From assembly GCA_014905635.1 (NCBI GenBank), contig JABVCE010000004.1, positions 868,001-932,000 of the forward strand: 64,000 nt of DNA. Direction: 5' to 3'. Position 1 is the first letter of the stretch; each line of letters starts with the position of its first letter. The notes under the pieces are model-generated. The model made no database searches and had not been told where the DNA came from. It saw only the letters and a list, made by a program, of their open reading frames with translations. Below are positions 36,857 through 47,200 of the stretch, in pieces. Source of the stretch: Scenedesmus sp. PABB004. Its lineage: Eukaryota. A program made the position numbers and the translations under genes.

Positions 36857-37215
36857 CTGGTCCTCGCCTGCCGGCATGTGTCGCGGCCCACGGCGTGCTG
36901 CGTGCGTCGCTGGCAGAGGCGGTGCAGGTCAGCTGTCTGGCGCGTGTGCGGGCTAGCTGGGGCGTGTGCAGGCTGGCTGCAGGCTCGCTCGTTTTTGACG
37001 GCGCCCGCACCGCGCGGTTTGGGCCCGGCATGACCGCTTAGCGAGGAGCCCAACGCTGGCCACCGCACGGCGCATCGAGTGGCTCTGGCAACGTTTCGCG
37101 CCCCCGCGGCCGCACACCGCGCGCTCAACAGCCGGCGGCGCGCGGCGGCCCGCCGCGCGGGGGCGCCCTGCGCCCTCGGGGGCGCCCTGCGCTCTGGCGC
37201 CCTGCGCCAAGCGAC
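36585..37215. repeat. Segment A (FAR exon 1 plus upstream DNA); inverted copy at about 41188-41759
   Basis: Reverse-complement match with scattered substitutions and indels. Confidence 0.9.
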
Positions 37216-37237
37216 GCGGAGATCGACCGGCGCCTGC

Positions 37238-37883
37238 CCCGAGGCCTCCGGCGCGCAGCTCCCGAGCACGGGCGCGCTGCGCGGGGCCGATGCTGCGCGC
37301 GCCGGTGCCGCCGCGAGCGCCGCCGGTGCCGCCGGCGCTGCTGCCCTGCTGCGGCTGCTCGCCGCGGCGTGCGCGCAGCAGCGTACGCGATGTTTGCAGC
37401 AGCCGCGCGGTGTGGCGGGGCCCGCGGCTGCCCGCGTATTGCGACTGGTCGCGCACAAAGTTCTTTTAAACCGTCAAAGCCGCGAGCTGGCCGGCCGAGT
37501 CCCCGCCGCCTGCCGACCAGCCGCCAGCTCTCCTCCCCGCCCACCCGCCACGCGCGCGCGCCCGCGCCACGCCACGACGCGCCAGCGCCTCGGCCCCCGA
37601 CGCCGCAGCACGAGCGCGCCGCGTGTCGGGCCGCCACGTCGCCCGCGGCAGGCCGGCGGTGTGCGGCAGCGGGCGGCAGCCCGCGTGCGAGGCGCCCTCG
37701 CGCCACAACGCGTCAGCGATCTGCGCGGCCGCATGCGAGCGTGCCGGGCAGCTCGGCTGTGAACCCGGCGCCGCCGCGCAGCTTTTGGTGTCGCGTGGGC
37801 CGCCCGCCCGGCCACGAGCGGCGCGCCAGCCCGGTCGGCAACGCGGGGCGTTTGGCCTGCGCCGCGCGCTCCACGGCGCGGCG
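37238..37883. repeat. Segment B; inverted copy at about 41807-42469
   Basis: Near-identical reverse-complement match, e.g. GCACAAAGTTCTTTTAAACCGTCAAAGCC near 37453 versus its complement near 42225-42255. Confidence 0.92.
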
Positions 37884-38207
37884 TCGCCCGGCCCATGGCG
37901 TAGCGTGACATCAACGTGCGCGCGCGTGGGCCCAAGGTGGGGCCGCGCCGGGCGCTGCGTCGGGCGCTGCGGTGCCGGCTGCGCGCTGGGCGCGGGCCCG
38001 GCGCAGCGGCTGCGCGGCAGCGGCGCGGGCCCCCTGCGACAGACGTGCCGGACGCCGGGGAACTGCACCGAGCAGCGCGTGGGCTCGTGCCGCGAGCAGG
38101 CGCGCCGCCGCCGCCGCCGCCCGCAGGCGCGCGCTGGCTGGTCGCCCGCCGGGCGCGGCGCGGCCCGCAGCTCCTCCAGCTAGCGGTGGCAGCTCCTAGA
38201 GGTCCCC

Positions 38208-41017
38208 ATGGAGGCGGTCGGCGGCGAGGCGCGCAGCAAGCGCGCCACCAAGCGGCCGGCGTGGCTGCAGGACAACGTGGACCCTGCGTCGCCGGAGCTC
38301 GACGGGTGCGCCGGCGCCGGCCCCGCCGCAGCGCGCGGCGCAGCCAGGCCGCCAGCCAGGGCTGCGCGCCGACGCCGTCGCCGCCGTCGCCGCCGTCGCC
38401 GCCGCCGTGTCGCAGGGAGATGGGCCGCGCGCCGCGGCAGCAGCGGCGCAACGCCGACGGCGGCGCGCGCGCGCCGGGCGCGCGGCACGACGCCGGCGAG
38501 CGCGGCGGCGCGCGGGCGGCTGGGGCCGACCTGCCGCGCCGCATGTGCCTCAACCCGGGCTGCAAGAACCCGTTTGACTCGCCGCAGTGGCGCCGCGGCC
38601 CGCTGGGCCCGGGCACGCTGTGCAACGCGTGCGGCACGCGCTACGCGCGCATCGAGGCCAAGAAGCGCGGCGAGCGCCGGGTGCGGCCGCGCGGCCGGCG
38701 GCGTGGGCGGGGCGTGCGACGCGGGCGCGCGAGCGAGCGCCGACGCGCGGCGCGCCGCCGCTGCTGCCCGCAGGGCGGCAAGTCGCGGCCGGCCGACTGG
38801 CAGGCGTTTGAGCGGCAGCTGCAGCAGCCCGTGGACGCGGCGCGCGCGTGGGCGGCGCACGCGGAGCACGCCAGCAAGCTGGCAGCGCCGCGGCCGGCGC
38901 CGTCGCCCGCGGCCGCGCAGCGCAGCCTGGCGCTGCAGCAGCTGCAGGCGACCATCGCGCAGCACCAGGCGGCCCTGGACCGCTACACGAGCGCTGAGCT
39001 GTGGGGCGACGCTGACGACGCGGAGGAGGACGAGGAGGCGGCGGACGAGGGCGACGAGGGGCAGCCGCCCGCGGGGCATGGCGCGGCGCAGCAGCTGCAA
39101 CACGCGTGCCAGGACGCGCTGCCGCCCGGCAGCGGGCCCCACGCCGGGGGCGGCGCGGCGTGGCCGGCGCGCCAGGCGCCGCCGGGCGCGGGCGGCGGCA
39201 GCGCCGCCGGGGGCAGCCCGGCGGGGGCGCTCGACGACGCCGCGCGGCCGCGGCAGCGGCGGCGGCGCTGCGACGAGGACGCCAGCGACAGCCAGGAGGC
39301 AGCGGCGTGCAGCTACCAGGAGCCGCCCGCCGGCGGCGGCGGCGCCAGCAGCGGCGACCAGTTTCTGCACCTCCTGGCGGTCGGAGAGGCGATGATCAAG
39401 ACAGAGGGCGTGGCGCCGCAGGACCGGCGAGAGGCGTGGGCCGAGGTGCGGCGCAGGCGGCCGGCGGCGCGGCGGCGCGGCGGCGGCTGGGCGCGGCGCA
39501 GCGTGGCCCGCGCCCCAAATCGACGACCGCTCGCGCCAATAACCCCGGCCGCCCTGCCCGGCTGCGCTGCCCGCGCAGTTTGTGGAGAAGCAGCTGCCGG
39601 CTGACAAGAAGGAGGGCCGCCCGGACAGCGCCGGCGCGGCCGAGCGCCCGCCCTTTGCGTGCGAGGCGCAGGAGCCGCAGGTGGGCGCGGCCGGGGCGGC
39701 GCGCGGCCGCCGTGCGCCGCGCGCTCTGCGCTCACCCGCGCGCGCGCGCGCGCGGCTCCCCCGCAGGCCGAGGCGCCCGCGCCGGCGCCGGGGCAGGCCG
39801 GCGGCGGCGGGCAGGCCAAGGAGCGGCTGGACCGCTTTGAGCGCCTGCTGGCAGAGGCGGAGCAGTGCATCCGCGCGCGCAGCGCCAGCCCCCTGCTGCG
39901 CCCCATCACGCCAGCGACCGAGGCCGCGCTGGCGCGCGCCGACCAGGACGGCGCCGCGCCGGGCGGCGGCGGCGGCGGCGACCGCTCGCCCGCGCCGCGC
40001 TCGCGCCTCGGCGACGCGGGGCGGCAGGTCCACCACGGCTCGCTGCCGCCGCTGGTGCTGCCCGCGGCGGCCACGACCGTGTCCCTGGCCGCTGGCGCGG
40101 GGCCACCACCCGCAGGTGGGCCGCTCGGCAGCAGCGCGGGCGGCAGCCAGGGCGGTGGCGGAGCGAAGCAGGTGGGCACGGAGGGGTGGGGGTGCTGGCG
40201 GACGCCGGCGGACGGCCACCACGGCGTGCTTTGCGGCTGCGGCGTGGCGGGTGGTCGCGCCGGGGGCGCGAGCGGCCTCTGCCCAGCGGCCCGCCCGCCT
40301 GCGCGTGCAGCGCGGACAGGCGGGCGCGCCGACCCGGCCGCGACCAGCGGTGCCGCCCGTGATGGCTGACGCGCGCCGCGCCGCCCCGCCTCGGCCCCGC
40401 CGCAGGCGGCATGTGAGAGCCCGAGCAGCCAGCTGCTGCTGGCGAACGAGGTGCTGTCGCCAGCGACCATGGGCATGGCCAGGGCCCCGCTGGCGCCGGC
40501 GGAGCGCCTGCGGCGCCAGGCCGAGCAGGTGCAGCAGCTGCAGGCGCTGCTGGCGCCGCCGCCGCAGCCGCCCTGCGATGCAGCGACGCAGCCCGGCGCG
40601 GCGCAGGAGCAGGAGCAGCGGCCCCGGCCCTCGCAGCAGGGCGACGAGGCGGCGCTGCAGGACGACCTGCTGGCGCACCTCCGGCTCGTGCTGCAGGCGC
40701 CCGAGGCCGGAGCGCTGCTGGCGGCCTGCGTCGCCGCGCGCGCGCCCAGCGGCACGAACGGGCGCGCGCGCGAGCGGCTGCAGGGCCTGCTGGCGCGGCT
40801 GCGCGACGAGGTGGAGGGCCAGCGCAGCGCGGAGCTGGACGCGGCGCTCGAGCGGCAGCCCACCGACCCCGCGGTTGCCGACGCCTGGCGCTGGCTGGAG
40901 CAGGCCGACGCGGGCGCGAGCGGCAGCGGCGGAGCTGGCGGCGAGCAGCCGTGCTGCGGCGCGCAGCCGTGCGTGCAGCGAAGCGAGGCCACGGGCGCCG
41001 CAGCTGAACGGCCCTGA
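38208..41017 (+). CDS. GATA-type zinc finger transcription factor
   Basis: CLNPGCKNPFDSPQWRRGPLGPGTLCNACGTRY, in a multi-exon model running from MEAVGGEARSKR to the stop at 41015-41017. Confidence 0.85.
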
Positions 41018-41187
41018 GCGCGCCATAACCGAGGCTGTGTACCATCAACCAACGAGCACTTTTGCGGCATGGGGTTTTGCCACGCTTCGGCATCGTGCGG
41101 CGTGTGTGCTGCACTTGCATTTCACCGGTGCGTCGGCGGCGCGGTGTGTGGGTGCCGGCCTTGGCGCGTCCGTGTGTACCACCAGCA

Positions 41188-41759
41188 TCGCTTGGCAGGG
41201 CGTCACAGGCTCGAGGCGCCGCGCCGGCTGTTGAGCGCGCGGTGTGGGGCCGCGGGGGCGGGAAACGTTGCCACCGCCACTCGACGCGCCGCGCGGCGGC
41301 CAGCGTTGGGCTCCTCGCTAAGCGGTCACGCCGGGCCCAAACCGCGCGGTGCGGCGCCGTCAAAAAACAGGGACGCCCCAGCCCACCTGCAGCACACACG
41401 CCAGAAAGCTGACGCTCGCCGCCTCTTGCAGCGCCGCACGCAGCACGCCGTGGGCCGCGACACATGCCGGCAGGCGAGGACCAGATGGCGCAGCCGGCTG
41501 ACGAGGGCCCGTTCGCTGCTGGCGCGCGCGGCGGCGGGGCTGCGGCGACGTACAGCATCCAGCGCGAGTTTGCCGGCGCCACGGTCATGATCACAGGCGC
41601 GGCAGCGCGCGCGCCCGGCACTTTGCTCCCGTGCCGCCAGCGCGCCGCGCGCCCGGGCCGACGCGCACGCGTGTCGCGCTGCCACGGCACACTCCAGCGG
41701 TTGGCTGCTCCGCGGCGCGATCAGCGGCGCCGCTGAGCCGGCACGCGCGCCGCCGCCGC
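41188..41759 (+). pseudogene. Inverted copy of segment A carrying an orphan FAR first exon (about 41464-41597)
   Basis: MAQPADEGPFAAGARGGGAAATYSIQREFAGATVMITG is followed by a truncated intron 1 and no further FAR exons. Confidence 0.85.
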
Positions 41760-41806
41760 GGCCGCCAGACAGCTGACCTGCACCGCCCCCGCCGCCAGGC
41801 CAGGTG

Positions 41807-42469
41807 GCGCCGCGCCGTGGAGCGCGGTGGAGGCCAAATTTGTTTAAACGCCGCGTTGCCGACCGGGCTGGCGCGCCGCTCGTGGCCGGGCGGGCGGCCC
41901 ACGCGACACCAAAAGCTGCGCGGCGGCGCCGGGTTCACAGCCGAGCTGCCCGGCACGCTCGCATGCGGCGCGGCCGTGCCGCGCAGATCGCTGACGCGTT
42001 GTGGCGCGAGGGCGCCTCGCACGCGGGCTGCCGCCCGCTGCCGCACACCGCCGGCCTGCCGCGGGCGACGTGGCGGCCCGACACGCGGCGCGCTCGTGCT
42101 GCGGCGTCGGGGGCCGAGGCGCTGGCGCGTCGTGGCGTGGCGCGGGCGCGCGCGCGTAGCGGGTGGGCGGGGAGGAGAGCTGGCGGCTGGTCGGCAGGCG
42201 GCGGGGACTCGGCCGGCCAGCTCGCGGCTTTGACGGTTTAAAAGAACTTTGTGCGCGACCAGTCGCAATACGCGGGCAGCCGCGGGCCCCGCCACACCGC
42301 GCGGCTGCTGCAAACATCGCGTACGCTGCTGCGCGCACGCCGCGGCGAGCAGCCGCAGCAGGGCAGCAGCGCTGGCGGCACCGGCGGCGCTCGCGGCGGC
42401 ACCGGCGCGCGCAGCAGGGGCCCCGCGCAGCGCGCCCGTGCTCGGGAGCTGCGCGCCGGAGGCCTCGGG
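41807..42469. repeat. Segment B partner copy
   Basis: Reverse complement of 37238-37883. Confidence 0.9.
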
Positions 42470-44209
42470 CCAGGCGCGGGCGCCGTTGGCGCCCCGGCCT
42501 CGGACTGCAGGCCGCAGCCACTCCACCGCCGCGGCGGCCTGGTGCCCGGGCGCCAGCCTGGCCGCAGGCGCGGCGCGTGCGGGCGCCTGGCACAGTTGTT
42601 CAACGCAAAACGTCCCCAGCTCAGCGGCGACGTCGGGAGCGGGCAGCCCGTAGGAGCAGGCTGCCGGACGAGCAGACAGCTCCCTGGTGCCGGGCGGCAC
42701 GCCGCTCCGCCCCGCCAGCGCGCGCCGCGGTGCACGTGCAGGCAGCGCGCGGCGGCGGCGCGGCCGGCGGCGCGGCCGGCCGGGCGGGCGGTCGCACTGG
42801 CCCTGGGGTGTTGCGTGGCTGGCGCAGCGCGGCGACCGGTCGGCGGCGCGGCGCGCTGGGGGTCTGGGACTGCTGGCTGACTGTGTTTTGCACCCACCAC
42901 CCCGGTTGCGCCGCCCAGGGCTCGGCCGCACGGCCGCAAATCGCCGTGCATCGCCTGTAGAAGCTGTTGCGACGCCGCGTTGCGCCGGCGCACGCGTGTC
43001 ACTGGGCGCCGGAGGCCGTGGAGCGCTGCTGCGCCGGCCCGCCCGGCCGCCCGGGGCGTCCGCGGCCGCCGCGGCGCGCGCTCCGCGTACGTCGCCCGGC
43101 CCGCGCCTCCGTGCGCCGATCACGGGGCCCGCAGCGCCCGCGCGCGCGCCGCGAGAGCCCGTCGCGGGTTTAACCAGTCGTTGGCAGGCCGCGCCCCGTC
43201 TCGCTGCGCGCCGCTTATCGACCGGCGCCCCGCTCCCCTGCCCCCAGGGCGACCGCTTGACCGACCGGCATCCGGCGTGGTGCACCCCCGCCGCAGTCGC
43301 AGCCGCGCCCGGCGCGCCATCCCACCCGCGCCCACCCGGCGTTGCGCGTGGGCAGCCGCGCCCGCCCCGCGCCCGGCGAGAGGCGCCGGAGAGCGCGGAG
43401 GGAGTGTTTCTGGGCCCCCCAGGTGCGCCGGGGGCCCCGCCAGGCGCGCAGCGCCCATCTTCGAGCAGTTTGGCCAGCCCGCTCGGCTGGGCGGAGCGCG
43501 TGGAATTGGCGCCCCCGCGCGGTGCCGCGGGCGCCCGGACGGACCAGGCGGCGCCCGGGACGCCCCGGGCGGCGCCGCGGGGCTCGCCAGGGCGTGGCAC
43601 CCGAGGCCGCACCGTCACTTACCTCCCCACGCGCCGCCCCCCGCGCCACAGGCGGGCCGCAGCAACGCCCCGGACACGCGCACGCGACCTGGCGTGCCGC
43701 AGGTGAGGCGCCGCGGCGACGGGCGCGGCGCAGACGGGCGGGGCGGGCACCGGGCGCGAGAACAGTTGGGTGCGCAGCCCAGCCAGCAGCAGCAGCCCCG
43801 CGCGGGAGCCCTCCCGGCGCGGCCGGTACCGGCCGGCGCGCAGGCCGCGGCGCGGCGCGGGCGGGCGGCGGGGCGAGCAGCGCCCCCGCGCCACCCTGGC
43901 CAGCAGCAGCACACGGCTGCGCCAGGGGCCCTGGGCAGCCCGGAGGCGCGAGGGACGCTTGAATGGGACCGCCCAGCGGCGCCGCTGCGGCCGAGCGCGG
44001 CGCGGGGCCGGCGCTGGCGCGGGGGGCGCGCCATCGACCGCCCCGGGCTGGCCAGGACAGCAGGGCGGGCGCCCGGGCTGGCCCGGCTCGCCAGCGGCCC
44101 GCCGAGCTCACCCCGCGCGCCGCCTTGCGAGCTCACCCCGCGCCCCCCCGCGCGCCGCAGGGCGTGAGCACCGCAGCAGCTCGCTGGGCCAGCAGCGCCG
44201 GTCGGCGCG

Positions 44210-47200
44210 ATGGCTGGCTCAGACGCCCCGATGAGCCCCAACCTCAAGCCCATCGCCACGCGGCCGCGCGGCTCGGGCGGCGCCGACATGGAGGCGCCGT
44301 CGCCGCCGAGCTCGAGCGGCGTCGTCACGCCGAAGGGCCGCGGCGCGGGCGAGGTGCACAGCGACAGCCCCGGCATGGGCTCCGACTCGTCCAGCCCCTG
44401 GCGCCGCTTCTTCCGCGGCGGCAGCCGCTACCCGGCGAGCGACGTGGACAGCTACGGCAACAGCCCGCGCAACCTCATGGGCTTTAGCCCCAAGGCCACC
44501 AGCAGCGCGAGCGCGAGGTGTGTGCGCGCGCGCGCGCCGCCGGGCGCGCAGCAGCGCCGCAGCAGCGGCGGCGACGGCAGCGGCCGCGCCGGCAGCGGCC
44601 GCGCCGGCAGCAGCGGCCGCGCTGGCTGCGGAGGGCAGCGGCAGCAGCAGCACCGGCGGCGGCGGCGGAAGGGCCCGGCGGCGACATGCGCGCGCGCGCG
44701 CGCGCGCATCGCCGCGCCCGCCCGCGGCTCACCGCCCGCGCCGCCCGCCGCGCGCGCGCAGCCGCGTGAGCACGCCGGTGAAGCGCAAGAACCGCGACCA
44801 CCTCGGCGGCGGCGGCGGCGGCGGCCGCGGCGAGGGCTACGGGGGCGGGCAGATCAACGCTTACCCGCCCGCCGCGGCGGGGCACCCCGCGGCGGTCGCG
44901 GGCATGATGAGCCTCGCGGAGGAGCTGCTGACCAAGAAGGGCCTGTCGCTCAAGAACCTGCAGGTGCGAATGATGATGCGCCGCGCGGCCGCGCGGGCGG
45001 GCGGGCGCGCGGGCGGCGGCGGCGCCGCGCGGCGGGGAGAGGAGGGACGGGCCGCGCCGCGCTGTGCGCGCGCGCGCGCGGCGCCTTGCCGCTCGCCCCG
45101 CCGCTCGCCGCACGGCTCACCCCGCCGCGCGCCCGCCAGGAGGACACGGAGGAGTACGCCGAGACGGGCGAGAAGGCGGCGATCCCGAAGCACAAGCGCC
45201 CGGTGACCAAGCACTGGAACTGGCTCGGCCTCGCGATCTGCCTCTACTACGTCGCCGCGGCGATCTACTACTTTGTCATCCGCGCGACGCGCACGCTCAA
45301 CATGGGATACATGGGGTGAGCGGGACGGCCCGCCCGCGCGCCACGCTGCGCGCGCAAGGGAGCCAGCCGGCGGGCGCCTGCCAGGCGACTGGGGGCCAGC
45401 GGAGGCGTGCCGGGGCGTGTCGGGGCCGCGCCGGTTTGGGGACGGGCGGCGCGTGTGTGCGCGCGCGCCCGGCGCTGACGCCCGCCCGCCCGCCCGCCCG
45501 CTCGCTCCTGCTGTGCCCGCGTGTCGCAGCTACGGTGTGCTGGTGCTGCTGATCGAGATTGTGTCGTCGACGGCGACGTTTGGCTACGCGATCCTGCTGA
45601 TCAAGTACAGCAAAAGCCGGCGAACCAAGGGCCTGCCCATACCCAAGAAGGGCCAGCAGCCCGACCTCGACAACCTCAAGTTTCACGTCCGCGTGCTCAT
45701 CCCCTGCTACAAGGAGAGCATGGAGCTCGTCAAGCTCACCGTGCTCGGCGCGCTCAAGGCGCCGCTGCCCAAGGACACGCTGCGCACGGTGCGGCCTCCT
45801 CGCGCGGCCGGCGCGGCGCGGCGCGGCGGGGGCCGGCGCGCGCGCCGCTGCTGCCAGCAGCCGCCGGCGGCGCGCCGAGCCCGCCGCCCGCCGGTCTGCG
45901 TGCGCGCGCGCAGGTCTACCTGTGCGATGACGGCAAGGACCCGACCAAGGAGGAGATGGTCCGCGAGCTCAACGCGGAGTGGGGCTGCCTCGAGTACGTC
46001 GCGGGCCGCAAGCGCGACCCGTCGGGCGAGACCAACGGCAAGTCCAACAACCTCAACCACTGCCTCAAGAACGTCATCTACAAGGACTACTACCCCATGA
46101 ACGCGAGCGGGCCCAAGATCCCCAAGAGCGAGGTCATGGTCGTCTTTGACGCCGACATGGTCGCCAAGCCCAACTTCTTCACCAAGGCGCGCCCCGCCGC
46201 CGCAGCCCGGGCAGCCGCGCCGCCGCGAGCAGCCGCGGCGCCGCGCCGGCTGCCGCAGCCGCGCCGGCAGCCGCCGCCGCCGCACGCGCAACGCCTCACC
46301 CCGCCCCGCGCCCGCCTGCCCGCCCGCCCGCCTGCCCGCCTGCCCTCCTGTTTGCCCGCAGATCCTGGAGGTCATGGTCGACGACGACGTCGCGCTCTGC
46401 CTCACGCCCCAGGGCTTCAACAACGTCGACGCGCAGAGCGACATCTTCAACAACCTCAACCTCTCCTTCTGGGAGTACATGCTTCCCGGTGCGCACGCCG
46501 CCCGCGTTGCGCGCGCTGCGTGCTGCTTGTCTTGCGCCGCGCGCGCGCCCGCCGACCCCGCGCGCCGCCCGCCGACCCCGCGCGCCGCCCGCCGACCCCG
46601 CGCACCGCCCGCCTCGCGCCTGCTGCCCGCTCCAGGCACCGACGCGCTCGGGTACATCGCGTGCACGGGCACCAACTTCTGCCTGCGCTGCTTCCCGCTC
46701 GCCGACTGCGGGTGGTTCCCGACGTTCACCATTACCGAGGACTACGCGCTGGGCATGATGCTCAAGGCCAAGGGCTACAAGGCCGGCTACCTCAATGAGT
46801 ACCTCGCGATCGGCGAGGCGCCCGAGGAGATCCGCAACATCTTCCGCCAGCGCTCGCGCTGGTGCAAGGGCCAGATGCAGGTGCTGTTCAGCAGCTACTG
46901 CCCCCTGCTCGACACCGGCCTCACGCTCGGCATGCGCCTGCTCTACACGAGCGTCACGTGGTGCTACGTCACAAACACCTTTGCCGTGCCCTGCAGCGTG
47001 CTCGTGCCCTTCATCGCGCTCGTGTTTGGCGTGTACCCGCTCGTGCTCAACCGCGACTTTGCGCTCGCCGCGACGCTCTACTACACCAGCTCCACGCTCG
47101 TCACGATGGTGCGCGCGCCCCGCGGCGCTGCTGGCCCGCGCCCGCGCCCCCGCTGCGCTGCAGAGACCCGCGCGCCGCGCCGCGCCGGCGGGTCGCGCGC

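Noticed and set aside
36585..42469. DNA transposon with long terminal inverted repeats capturing the GATA gene
   Set aside because: The repeat order is permuted, one repeat is host FAR sequence, and I saw no transposase or target-site duplication.
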